Program-made: the position numbers and the translations under genes | NCBI GenBank assembly: GCA_051453625.1 | Contig: JBOZIK010000001.1 | Location: forward strand, 16,409,801 to 16,470,334 | Source: Welwitschia mirabilis | Lineage: Eukaryota | Length of the DNA: 60,534 bases | Direction of reading: 5' to 3' | In this document: positions 25,430-37,991 of the stretch, one piece after another | How the letters are laid out: every line of letters begins with the position of its first letter | Numbering within the stretch: the first letter of the stretch is position 1 | The notes under the pieces: model-generated | The model's input: only the letters and a program-made list of their open reading frames with translations | What the model was told of the DNA's origin: nothing | Databases searched by the model: none

Positions 25430-26379
25430 TAAGAGTAATAAGAAGGAGGCTAGGAAGAAGAGAAAGGAAGAGCAAAGAGAGGGAGGATATGGAAAGGAAA
25501 AAGGGATGAAAGGATAGAAAAATAAAGGGGAAAAGAAGGGAGAGAGGAAGAAAAAGAGGTAAAAGAGTAGGAAGAGAGAGCAAAGATGGAGAAAAAGAGG
25601 AGAGAAGATAAGAGAGGATAAGGAAGAGAGATAAGAGAAAAGTGAAAAAGTAGAAAAGAGAGAAGATAATGGGAAGAAAAAAAGATAGAGGAATTAATTT
25701 AGAAAAGAGACAAGAAGAAAATTCGAATAAAGAAAAGTAAGAAGGACAAACAAGGAGGAAAAATAAATAAGGAAAAAAAAGAAGAGTGATGAAAGGAAGA
25801 GAAGAGAATATGAGGGTGGAACAAAACTTACCTTGAATGCTAAGGCTAGAAGTCATTCTATCACTTATAATGAAAGCTAATTTATTTGAAAACTACAATG
25901 TTGGGTCCCCTTACTTGATTCTTCTAAGATCTCATTAGAATAAGAAGTAAAGAAGAAACCTAATTTTAACACCAACAAGGAGAAAATTGATCTTTAGAAG
26001 GAGATTCAAATCCTAGGAGGTCTAGGCGGTTATGTTGGAGGAGATTGACTAAGGAGAGCTATAATCTTCATGCCTTGGACATGGAGGAGCCCTATCTTCC
26101 ATGTCCTAAGAATGTAATTTTAGGAATTCCACATAAGGTATGGAATTCTTAGGTTCTTAAGATGAAGAAAGGCTAAGGAAAGATTGAAAAGGGAGGAAAA
26201 GTAAAGGAGAAAAGGGAAAAAAGAAGAAGAAAGAAAGGAGGATAAGAATGATAGAAAGGAAGGAAAAGTGAATAGGAAATATTAAGAAAGGTGGAATAGG
26301 AAAGGAAGGAGGAAGAGAGGGTGGCTAGTAAGAGGCAAAGAAATTCCCCAAGTGCCTAGTATCACGTGGGGACATAATA
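25430..26379 (-). repeat. 5' portion of the 5' LTR of the Tat-like element (inner boundary unknown)
   Basis: Diverged copy of 13955-14858. On minus it begins TATTATG (decayed TGTTGTG). Confidence 0.7.
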
Positions 26380-29300
26380 AATGCCTTTGTCTTCATAGTT
26401 TATTAATTTTTAAAAGGTTTAAAGTACTTTTATAGTATATGATTTTATTTTAATATATGAAAAATTATATCTCCATGTATGTATTTGGACTTTTTCCACT
26501 ACGAGTAACAGTGTTATAATTCAACTAGGAGAATGCATTAACCATAAAATTAAATTATATAGATATGATGTAAAACCTAATTAAAAGACATAGTCTAATG
26601 ATAAATGTCTCTCTATTTTTTAGGTATATTAAAATTAATAAATGATTTATTTAATTATTTAATTTAAGGTTTAACAATTAAAATATAATTAAAAATATAT
26701 GAGTTTCCTGAACTTATGATTTCTTACTGCAAATTATTTTCTAAGAAACCACTAAAATCTTGCATAATCAATGTGACTAATTTAAGATTCTATTAATTTT
26801 AACACAACTAACTTAGTTTTCTATTTGTTTTAGAAGGTAATAAGGAAAACTTAATATGATTTTTATGCATAAAATTTTTAATTATTTATAATAAAACTAT
26901 ATTAGAAAATTATTTTATGTTATATCATAGTATAGGATATACTAATCAAGTTAGGGAGGAAAGAAATAAAGAAAATCTAAAATGTACAACCAAAGTAATA
27001 AAAAAAAAAAGAAAAAAATGGTTAGAGTTTCTAAAAAGAATAAAAATGATAATGATACCTTTATTTAGGAATTTGGAACTTAAATAAAACCTTTATGATT
27101 TTAGGAATAATCTTCTAAAATTTTACAAATAAGTAAATTTAGGTAATTTACTGCGATAACATCATAATGTACATGATATTAAGAATAATTCTAACCTTCT
27201 AACGTTTGACCTTTTAACATATGCTTATAAAATTTATTCCCTTTCTTAATGATAAGATGACCTTATATTATAATAAAAAAATACATAGTTGTAAAGTAAA
27301 TAATTTTAACAAAACTAAAGTTCTTAGAGGAAACAAATAGCCTCAAGCTAAAGTGGATTTGGTGATCTATTTAATCATGCAATGAATCTTTTAAAAGAAA
27401 CAAAAATTAAACTATGATGATTCCTCATATATAATAATTTATTACACTACATTTTTTTAAGAAAAATTCATAGGTTTTAATTTTTCACATGATTACAACC
27501 TTAATAATTATATGTTCATAAGTAAAAAACATAAGGAATTACTATTAGTTTTATTTTTGAAGATCTTACAAAGGAATTAGCATCATATTTATTACAAACT
27601 ATGCTTATTTAAGAATTTATACACAAATGAGTGTTATTTTATGATCTAAATAACTCATGTTTGATCTTATTTAGTAGCCTAGAAAACATATTTTTAATGT
27701 CTTTTGCTATTGAAATACATTGTAACATTTCCTCCCCTTCATCTTTAATAAATTATCTAATCTAATGTACCTATTATACGAATGTGTTCTTTATGTTCAT
27801 TGAATATTAAATTCTTTTCCATGTAAATTTATAATTGAATATTATTATGTGTGAAAGGATATTTAGGTTCCTCTATTATAGCATTCCACCAACTAAAATA
27901 TTTAATAAATTTATTCTGTATAACTATTTTTTCTTTAAGAGAAAAAATGTAACTCTATAGGTTCTAACTTTATAAGAATTGGTTATTACATCCATATGTA
28001 ATATGTATTTTATGTATTAGTTTTTCTATGTTCATCTAATTTTGTTTCCTTAAGGATCTATTAGACTTCTTGTCATCAACAATGAGGTGCAAAATAAAGC
28101 ATTTTCCAATCTCATATGTGGATTTACACAAGTTTGTTAAAGAACTATTATTTGAGCATATGTTACAGAAGACCATTACAATGTTTTAGAAGTGATTCAA
28201 TCAATGCACAAGAGTGTTTAATGTATGTTATTGAGATCCATTTCATAGAAGTCCAAATAATAACTTATGATAAAGCATCTTTAAAGTTTATAATTTAATT
28301 AAAATGATTAACAAAAGAGATACAAAATAGAATTGTTCATATCAATTATGAGTTAAAAGAGAGAGATAAACAAATTAACATCAATTGAAAAAGTTTTAAA
28401 ATTTAGAAGATCGTAATTTATAATTCCTAGTTTTATTTAAGGTGAAGAACATCATGCAAAACATTTCATTAAAATTTGTTAACATGTTTGTATGTCATAC
28501 TCCAGATCATAAAACTATTAGATTTACATTTTAAATATTTTCCAACTTATTATCATAGTTAGATTATGCATAGTTAGGATTGAATAGATTAACTTGATCC
28601 TTTTTAAAACAATTTATTATAGAGGTGGATCAATGGCTAATTATGATAAATAAAATTTAAATATGCATTAAGTCAAAGGAGGTATGCTAAAAATTTCAAG
28701 AAACCAAACTTATATGGGAAATGAAAATATAAAAAGAAACGAAATAACATAAGAGGTTTTCAAGGAAATTCAAATGAATTAATATAGATGTCGTAATAAG
28801 CATAGTGAGATGGAAACTTAATGTTTAGGTTGCAAGATGAAATTAAAGCTACTTATGAATATTAAGAAGCTTTTCATTCTTCGATTTTGGGGAACTTTTT
28901 TGGTTTTTTGATATTTAATCAAATTCAGTTAGAACTTTTATTCCCTAAGTTCTCTTATACACATGGTAATAATGTAATATTGTTTGTTAAGTTTGTAAAT
29001 TGTATCTCGGTTTTGTTTTTATTTTTTCCTTTTTTTCTGTTTCATTTTTTTCCCCTCCATCCTACATCTACGGTGGGTTATGCATCACATTAGAGCATGT
29101 GAAGTAGTTTTCCTTGCACTTAATTTTTAATGTGTTTCCCCATCTACATCTTTAATGTTTGATTTTATCTCTCTCCCTATCTTTCTTTTGTGTGAGATAT
29201 TTTCTAGACTTAAACTCATAACCAAAAGTTTGCAAGAGTACTACTTTACTATTAAGATAGGACCTTAATCCTTTTAGTAGCTATATACTACCTACCCACA

Positions 29301-30736
29301 CTTAATCTCTAGATCCATAAGGTCAAGGATCTCCAAACTAATGTTTTTGCTACATGTGGAAGATACCCTTTTGAAATGTAATTTTTCCTTTATTTTCTTT
29401 CTTTTTCTTTCTTTTTCTTTTTTTTAAAGAAGGTTAATTTACGTGAAACAGTACCATGCTTATGAAGGTAATTGGTTTGCTTTCTTAATCTTGAATATAG
29501 GAATACAATTTTTTCCTCTTTAAAGTTTTTTTTTGAATGAAAATTAAGGGGAATTCATTGCTGGTGCATTAGAAGTACAACTCATACAAAATAACAAGAA
29601 GAGTAGGCTTAGAATATTGAGACATCTGAGTTCAAAAATACATCACTGAACATATCTAAACAGGGATCTGGGATATTTCAAATCCTTTTGAAAATTTGAG
29701 GGTATACCATATGAACCATAAAATTTCTAGATTGGAATACTAGAAAAACATAAACAATAAGATTTCCTGGAATAATATAAATGTAACCTAGAGGTACCAC
29801 ATTGGTTACTCTAGTGGCTTCCCAAGTCAGAACCGGAAAGCACAAGCTAGGCTCAACCTGCATTTCTTTGTCTGTTTGAAAAGACATGCATAATGCTTAG
29901 ATATGCTCTTTGAGAGAGAACACAAGTAATCTAGCGATGATCAGCTTAGGAGCTCTGAGAAACTTAATTGTAGATAGAAGTTCATTAGACCTGCACTAAA
30001 AAACATGGCTGGTAATTGACAGATGGAAAGAACATCATTAAGAAAACACCGCTTTCCTATGATGGTCAGTATAGTGATTCTATAAAGGGGACTGACAGTA
30101 GGCCATATCAAAACTATGATGAAGGAGATATAGGGGATTATGAAACTGCCCTCAACAGTTCTTAATCAAAGTCCTTTTTTCCATCTAGATTATTAAAATG
30201 TTTTGAACTTATTATGAGAGTATAATTCTTGGAGACTGATTGTAGAGTATCATTGAAGTTATTTCTCCATTTTCTAATACAAATCACTCGCCCAGTTTCT
30301 ATGCCTTTTGACTTTGCTCCTAATCTTTCTCCTACTCTTTGATAAGCCCTGATGACGTGTCTCAGTGCTTACTGCAAGGCCCAGAATGACTGAAACACAG
30401 GCATGAAAGAGGATGTTGTTTAATGAGCTACTATTGACCTGCATACTGATAACCACTCACTTCTTAGTGTTGTGTCTACAAATAGCTGCATAGTTGGAGG
30501 CTTTGTACTACTTCTACCATTAGCTTTTATTCTAGAAAGTAAATCGTTGAAGGACTACTTAAATGGTTAAGGGGGTTGGATCTTTGGAAAACTATCCCCC
30601 TGTCATCCTACTTGAAAATGAGCAAATGTAAGAAGTTGTGAACAAGAACCTTAAAATAAATCTTTACCCACTAGATCTAAAAAGCGCTTGAACTAATTAT
30701 TGGAAGATCTTCCTAGGAAATTTGAGGAAATACTAA

Positions 30737-33700
30737 CTAGCTAGCACCACGAGCAATTCTTCTGGGAATTTTTAAGTTGATGAAAAGATGAAAGGTTGTA
30801 GATAAGTTAGAATTTGATTTCTTTAATAACATGAGAGATTTTAAAGGCTTGCTTCCTAAAAATTTTGTCATTCCTGCCTTATCAATCATGGTATATGTAG
30901 GCTGAGAAGATAAATTTGGGAAGGCTATGCTAGGCCGATTTTGATCTGCATTTACCCTTAAATCAAATGAATACATTAGACCAAGAAGAAGCTGGGGGTT
31001 AAAGGTGGATTAGGCTCAAGGCAGACCGAAGGAGATGGGCACATGGAGGGTACTTGAAAAAGTGGTGGTCTCTTAATTCCACTACTAATCCACATAAAAC
31101 ACAAGTTGGGTTAATCTAGGTTTCTAGTTTGGAGATTCTGTCTTTTATAAATAATCTGTTATGGCATGCTAACCATGCCACAAAGGAGTATTTTGGTACT
31201 GAAAACCAATTCTAGACCAGTGAGGCCCAATCTACCTTTGGGAGGTAACCAACTAGATGAACATATGAGGCAGCAGTTGAGAAAGGCTCTCCTAATGCTA
31301 TGCAATTCACTGTCGGCGTTGAAACCTGTACATAGCCTCCTATAAGGGATCTAAGCTTCAAGATTTTTTTAATGATCCATGAAGTATTGGGCTTTAATTA
31401 GAAGTGCCAAGTGTTTGTTACTTTGAAGTAGTATTTATGGCATCATTTAATCCATAAAGTATTTTTTTTAAGAGCTAAGTCCCAGATCTGGGTGAGAACT
31501 AATGCCTCGTTCATTAGTATGGAGTCAGTTAGTCCTAATCTATCTGTTGTCTTTGGTTTTACCATCATACGCCAAGCAACTAGGGCTTTTTTAGACTACT
31601 CAGCTTTACCAGTCCATAGAAATCTTCTACATATGGCATTAATTTCATAAAGCACCTTGTTTGGGAGGATGAAAACCCTACACCAAAAGGAGGATAAGGT
31701 TTGAATAACTATCTTAATTAGAACTAGTCTTCCTACATATGAAAGGAGCTTAGCAATTTAAGATCTTACTTTCTTTGTTACCTTAAGGTTTAGAGGGAGA
31801 CAGTCTGTAACCGAAAGTCTTTTTTATTTTAGAGGCACCCCAAGATATTTGACTGGAAGGGCACCTTCTGTAAAAACCAGCTACTAAAGGAATCTCCCTT
31901 TTTGACGTTGGGTAACTCCTCTAAAGAAAGCCTGACTTTCAGACCCATTTGCCTGAAGACCTGGTGCCTGAGAGAAGTGGTCTAATACTGTTTTTAGCAA
32001 GTAGATGAAGCTGTCATCTTTCTTACTGAAGATAAATAGATCACTCACGTAATAAAGATGTATAATATTAAGCCTTCTACATTTAGGGTGGAAGTAGAAA
32101 AGGGGACTTACTGTTAGCTTCTTAAGACTCCTTGAAAGGTACTCCATTATAAGGAAGAAAAGGTAGGGGGATAAAGGATTGCCTTGCCTTAGACCTAGGA
32201 AATAGCCTGCCATCCCTCCATTGATAAGAATTGAGAAATAATGGATGAAATGTAGCTTTAATCCATTTAACCAACTTGAAAGGAAAACCAAAACCTTCTA
32301 ATAAGTTGAATAAGAAAGACCATGAGACCGAGTCATAATCCTTCTTTAGATCCACTTTTAGAGCACATCTTGGGCTGATCCTTTTCCTGGCATAGTGTTG
32401 GACTAGTTCTTGGGCTAGGAGAATGTTATGAATAATACTTCTATGAGGGATGAAAGCCCCTTGGTTATCTGCTACATTATCCATCAGCACTCCTTTGAGT
32501 CTATTAGAAATAATAATAGAGATTGCTTTATATATCACATTATAGCAAGCAATAGGTCTGAAATCTGAGTCCATCGAAGGGCAATTTGATTTAGGGATCA
32601 GAACAGTAGTTGTAGATTTTATGCTTTTTGACATCCTTCCTTCATAGAAAAATGATTTAGTAGTTTTGCTATGTCTTCTCTTATGATATTCTAGACAGAT
32701 TTGAAGAACTTTGCTAAAAACCCATTAGGGCTTGGGGATTTGTCATTACCCATCGAGAAAAAGGCATTTTTGATATCCTCAGATGAAATTGGCCTAAACA
32801 TAAGTCCATACATTATTGTTATAAAATTAAAAGACTAGCTGACAGTATTGAAAAATCCATGAGGGAGACTCTACCCTCATGTCCAAATTGTTCCTGAAAA
32901 TAGTCGATGATATTTTGTTGGATTTCCTGCTGATTAACTAGTAGGTTATTATTGGTGTCATGGAGAGCCCCAATTGTGTCCAAATGATTCCTTTGTTTGA
33001 TACAAACATGAAAGTAGGCTGAGTTTGAGTCTCCCTTCGATGCCCATTTAATTTTTGCTTTTTACTTGTTGAGAATGAACTTATGCCAAAGAACTTTTTT
33101 GTAGGCTAAGGCTGCTTCTTTTTCTTTTTGGATAAGTTCTTCCTGTAAGGGGAAGGACTCAAGCTGATTTTGAATGGCTGACAAGACTTGATGCCTTAGA
33201 GATTTGGTTACTTTAGAGAATCTTGTTTTGAGTGCTAATTTATAAAGTTGTAGTTTTTTATGTAAATTAGCCAAGGAGTTGCAACCCAGGAAGTTGTTCC
33301 AACTCTCCTGTATAACCTTTAGGAAATCTGAGTGCTTGCACCAGAAGATGCATAACCTAAATAGAGGAAAGACTTTAGGGCCTTTATTGAGATGGAGGAT
33401 TATAGAAGAATGGTTTGAGAGGCCTGGTGAGAGGAATTCAACAAAGGTTTGAGGGTAAACATCTAACCATAGATTATTAACAAGGGATCTGTCCATCTTG
33501 CAATGGATTCTTTTTTGGGTTTGATATTTGTCTGACCAATAGAAAAAGCAGTCAATTTGTTTCATATCTAATAGATGAGTGGTGTGAAACTAGTTTTGGA
33601 TCTCCTCAATGTCTTTGATGGATACTGGGGCTCCATTTAGTTTTTCCTTTGGACTCGCTATACAATTAAAGTCACCCATCAGAGCCCAAGGGGTGTTAAC

Positions 33701-34088
33701 ATCCCGGTTGATATTAGATATATCTGTCCACAGCGATTATCCATCTTTGGAGGAGTTAAACACATAGATAAAGAAAATCAGCAGAGTCGTATTTTTAACA
33801 GTCATTTCATAGTGCAACATCTATAATGAGGCATATTTCACAACAATCTGTACATCTAATGAATTCCATAATAATAAATTATATCCTTTGATGAATTTGA
33901 AAAATTATGAAAAAACTTCCACGACAGATTTGGCATACATCTTCTAGGTATGGTATCGGCTTTATTTAATTGAACTTTCATTTCAAGAATTGCAATAACA
34001 CTAATCTTTAGCTTCGAAATGATATGACAAATTTCTAGCTGTTTATTGGGGTCGTTTAGGCCTTTTATGTTCCAGGAGATACTTTCAT
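30737..34088 (-). pseudogene. LINE ORF2 (AP endonuclease, reverse transcriptase, zf-RVT), frameshifted
   Basis: Motifs in order: ISWNIKGLNDP; PWALMGDFN; MDRSLVN; GLSNHS; SDFRPIACYNVIYKAI; ALKVDLKKDYDSVSW; GLRQGNPLSPYLF; KYLGVPL; CVLCG...DHHFF. Confidence 0.95.
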
Positions 34089-34089
34089 G

Positions 34090-35602
34090 TTGCTGATTTG
34101 AGGGGATGAGTTACACCTTTTCCCCTTCCCCTTTTTGATTTGCATTGAGTTGAGGAGATTCCGGAAGATTTCGAATCAGTTTCAGTAGAGGTTACAACAT
34201 TATCTAGAGGGGCTAAGTCAATGTTAATATTGCCATTAGAAGGAAGTTCTGAGGATGGGTTTAACAGAAACAGAACTGTTGGGTGTTACCGAGGACTTGA
34301 GGGAAGACCTGAAACCGCGCTTCCTTCCGTATTTGCTAGGCTCAAGGGCTGCTTCCGGACAGCTGAGAGACTGAGATCCTTTGTAAACAACTGCATATCA
34401 CTATCACTATTCCTCAAGCTACTAGGAGAAGACAATAAATAGGGAGTCATAGATGGCGGTCCTTCTCCTATTGATTTGCTTCAATCGCTTGATGTCTGGC
34501 CCTGAAGATATGGCTTCAACGTTTGGTGAGGGCTGGTGCCTTTACTGCTAACTGGGGCTTGGGACATTGCGCAGGCCTTCATCTTTCATGAGGGGCTTTC
34601 TTTAATAGCCACGTTCGCTACTGTAGGGGTTTTCTTGCCAACTGGTTGCGTCACATCTGGGAGCATGCTTCAAGCCGTGCTAGCGGAGGAGACAGGGCCT
34701 TGGTGCTATAGGTCTGCAGGATCCGCTACTGGGAGACGATTTATCAGTTCTGCGCGAGCAATGGCACTGTCGATAGCACTCTTCGTATTCTCCTAATCAC
34801 TCTGCCCATCGCCTTTGGCTGAGGAGGGTTTCAGATTCAAAGGGATTGCCCTCCAGACTGGGGTGGATTTCTTCCTTCTTGGGCAGCGTTCTGTTGAATG
34901 CCCAAAACACACACACTAGTGACATTTGATAGGCGTCCATTCGTACTCTAATCGTTGATTCAGGGAGATTCCGTTCGGGCCCGTGAGGATGATATTTGCT
35001 GGTAAATCAAAATCTGGGTGGATTTCAACACAAAGTCTGGCGTAGCTGAGTCTCTTTTGTGATGTTGTTACTGCGTTTTCCCAAAACGCTTGCAATCTTC
35101 AATAAAACCCTAGCCGACCAAAGATGAAGATTTAATCCCGGTATTTTCACTCATATCGGAACCTTGGTGATATTATCAAAATCTAGAGTTGAAGAAGGGA
35201 ACCAGGATTTTAGAGTCAATGTTCTGTTGTCGAACGACTACGGACCCTTCTCCAAAACATTCCACATTTCAGTGTCAGATTGAAACTTGAATAAAAACAT
35301 ACCTCTTTCTAGTTGCGAAGGTGTAACGACGTCCTCCCCTCCCCATCTATTTTGACATAGTTCTGGATTGTTAGGATGTAAGGTTTCAGGCCGAAAACGA
35401 ATCCGAGGAGAGAATTTTCTCATCGAGATATGCCCTGCTACCATTCTCTCTCGTCAATGAAGACTTCCACCACGGAAAACTGTTGGGGAAAGAAATCGAG
35501 TTTGAGGCCAACCTCCACATCTCAATTCCTGGACACGCTCTCCGCCCTCGTTTGTTTTTTGTAATCTTCAGTTTGGGGGATAGTGATTTCCTGCGCTGAC
35601 AT
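34090..35602 (-). pseudogene. LINE ORF1 (DUF4283-like and CX2CX4HX4C zinc knuckle), disrupted
   Basis: QLERGMFLFKFQSDTEMWNVLEKGP; RLSYARLCVEI; QRLEYEWTPIKCH*CVCFGHSTERC. Putative ATG at 35602. Confidence 0.9.
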
Positions 35603-36567
35603 TAGAGGAAAACCCTAGGGGCCGTTGATGTGGGTTCGCAACTGGCGAAACCCGCATTGGACACTCCGCCTCATGTTACTAAGCCGTCGCGCGCCCTCTG
35701 AGAAAGCCGCTTACGGAGTCTCCTCCGCGCCATCCGCTTTCGCGCTCTATGCCGTCGCTTACTCTGCCCTTGCGGTCTCATTCAGTGTTGAGGAGGAGTT
35801 GATAATTTCCATCACCTTTTATGTTGTTATACTCAAATCTTGTGTTTTCCTCCTCCTTCTAAAGTTATTCCGTAAGAAATTGCATTGTGCTTAGTATTAT
35901 AAGTTCCTTGTTATGTAGTATTATTAGAAACGTATATCTATGTTACCCTTATTAACTGTCTTTGCTTGCTTAGAAATTGACCACCAAACATTTCAAGTAT
36001 CAAATATAATAATTCGTACAAGTTAAACTAGAAGTTTAAAGCGTATGAACATAACAGAGCTCACCACTCACAAACATAACAGAAGACTTTGGAAGTTACC
36101 GCTTACAAACGTGACATGGTACGGCTTTGCGTACAGATCAGTGTTGTGTACGACGTTGTCGCTCAGGAAAAACCTTCAGCTCCGGGGAATTTGCAGTTCA
36201 CATGAGGAGACACGAGCAAAGCATTTGTTGACACTTGTTCCGCAATGGCTGTCAAGGCAGAGTCCTTTCGGTCCCTCCAGAGCATCGATAATGGACCACA
36301 AGCCCCGCGGCACCTCCCAATTCACTCCTCGTATGCAAGATGAAACCCAGCGCACTGTGAAAGGACAAGGTATAGAGAACGTCGTACACTTTTGCATTTG
36401 GAAGTTCTTGCAGAAGATACAGAGATTCTTTCTCGTCTTTCTTCTCCGTCCTCTTCCTTCCATCCAAAATCTTCTTACGTAATCCACAGTGCGTTTCTGC
36501 CTTTTATATTTCAGAACGCGAATTGTTAATTCCGACGTCTGGAGTTCTTTGAATCAGGAATTGAAGA

Positions 36568-37212
36568 ATGATGACAGGAATCGCACTTTTAAGAAATGAG
36601 AATGACAAGCGAATTTCTGGTCCTTCTGCGGGAGCTTCTTCTCCAGCGTGTTGGCTGACACGGCGGAGTTGCTCCTGTTCTTCTGCTCCGCTGCTCCCGA
36701 GCGCCGCTGACCAAATAAAGTCAGACGAGAGAAAGAAAATAAAGAGAACGGAGAAGCAGAGAAAGAAGCAAAGAATGAGATTTCGGTATCGAACTGTGGC
36801 AAGATTCTTCGCCTCTTTGTTTAGCTGGAAGAATCACAAGTGCAGCAGCAACAGCAGCAGTTGCCTTTCCAAAACCGTGTCCAATAACAGGCCTTCTGAA
36901 AATTCTAGCCGTAAAGAAGCAGCGCATGATGAGAATTATGGGAAGAATAACCTGAAAGAACATGATGGAAACGCAGAGAAAGCTGTGGATTCCGATTCAG
37001 ATCTTTTTGATCTTCCGTCTTTTAATCACGCAGAAGCTGAAGCTAAATCCTACGCTAGTGTTGTCGCTGCTGCATCTCTCTCCTTTGTATCCGCCAAAAG
37101 AACAAGTACAATGAGCAGGAAGAGCGATCTGGAGGAAGACAATAGCAGGAATGGAGCGAGAAGCAGTGACTCCAGTTCAGATATGTTTGATCTTCCTGCA
37201 TTCTTCCTCTGA
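36568..37212 (+). CDS. BG1: BIG GRAIN 1-like (BG1 family) protein, intronless, divergent and shortened, 214 aa
   Basis: Uninterrupted ORF in a CpG-retaining island. It carries BG1-family motifs in the expected order: a basic region, VARFFASLF (cf. RLASFLNSLF), CSSNSSSCLSKT (cf. CSSASSFSRSCLSKT) and acidic SDSSSDMFDL (cf. SDASSDLFEL). Confidence 0.75.
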   Translation: MMTGIALLRNENDKRISGPSAGASSPACWLTRRSCSCSSAPLLPSAADQIKSDERKKIKRTEKQRKKQRMRFRYRTVARFFASLFSWKNHKCSSNSSSCLSKTVSNNRPSENSSRKEAAHDENYGKNNLKEHDGNAEKAVDSDSDLFDLPSFNHAEAEAKSYASVVAAASLSFVSAKRTSTMSRKSDLEEDNSRNGARSSDSSSDMFDLPAFFL

Positions 37213-37991
37213 CCACAACCAGCAACTGATGCTGCTTTTTCCGCAGCTTGTGTTACATGAAATGGAATGAATTACAGGTGATTCATAGATATTCATTCGA
37301 ATAAGCAAATTACTAAGCTTGATAACTGCGATAAGAATTCTTTTGAGAGTGTGGTGAAAAATCCTATATTCTTGCAGATAAGTTGTTTCAGGCGATTTGG
37401 TCTGGTGAATGTTTAGGCTTCGGTGAATGAGACTTTCGGATGAGATACTTCAGTTGAGAGCATGTTGCTACAGATTTACTTATCTACAAGTTGATAGTTG
37501 AGAATTTTTTTAATATTTAAAATGTCAGAGGTTTAGTTGATGATAGGAGACTGTAAACAGTCCATGAACCCTAAAGGTTTTGTAACAAAACAATTTCAAT
37601 TTATCTTTTAAAATAAATCAGTTTTGTTATTTTTATTTATATCTTAGTAAATTACATTTTGAGGGAAAAAAAGGTCATTTGATACAACTTCAGAAAGACG
37701 AATGTCAAAATTACATGTTTACAAAACATTAAACAACAAATGTAAATATCCTCTTGGGAAAAGTTAAAATCATTATTTATTATCAATAAGAGATAGTTCT
37801 TTAAAAAAAACTTTACAAAAATAGCTTAGTTTAACTTTATAAAATTTAGTGAGAAATAATCATTTTTTAAGTATATGTTTTGTTTTTTTAAAAAGACAAA
37901 CATAAAAATCAAAAAATGACAAACAACTTGTACAAAATAACAAAAAGACAAAAGATAATAAGAACAAGGTATGGAGTAAAGGACTAAGGTC

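Larger units (their letters stand above)
13955..26379 (-). mobile_element. Degenerate Tat-like Ty3/gypsy LTR retrotransposon with domain order PR-aRH-RT-RH-INT
   Basis: Decayed pol motifs on minus. Diverged terminal direct repeats (about 13955-14858 vs about 25430-26379). On minus, PPT-like GGAGGTGGCTAAG precedes TGTTGTG at 14858. The left LTR appears truncated and no PBS was confidently found. Confidence 0.8.
30737..35785 (-). mobile_element. Near full-length degenerate L1-clade LINE
   Basis: GC-rich 5' UTR, ORF1 (DUF4283-like with zinc knuckle) and ORF2 (APE, RT, zf-RVT) are all present in order. The 3' end and TSD were not resolved. Confidence 0.95.

Noticed and set aside
25136..25856. 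Hydrophobic F/L/S-rich ORFs (also 13953-14207) that look like membrane proteins
   Set aside because: They are translations of low-complexity purine/pyrimidine tracts in LTR regions.
26400..29380. AT-rich region with short ORFs
   Set aside because: No recognisable motif, repeat partner or terminal structure; left unannotated.
30340..30430. CTGATGA...GAAAC resembling a hammerhead ribozyme core
   Set aside because: Stem II does not close next to the core and no stem I partner follows a plausible cleavage triplet, so it is likely chance.
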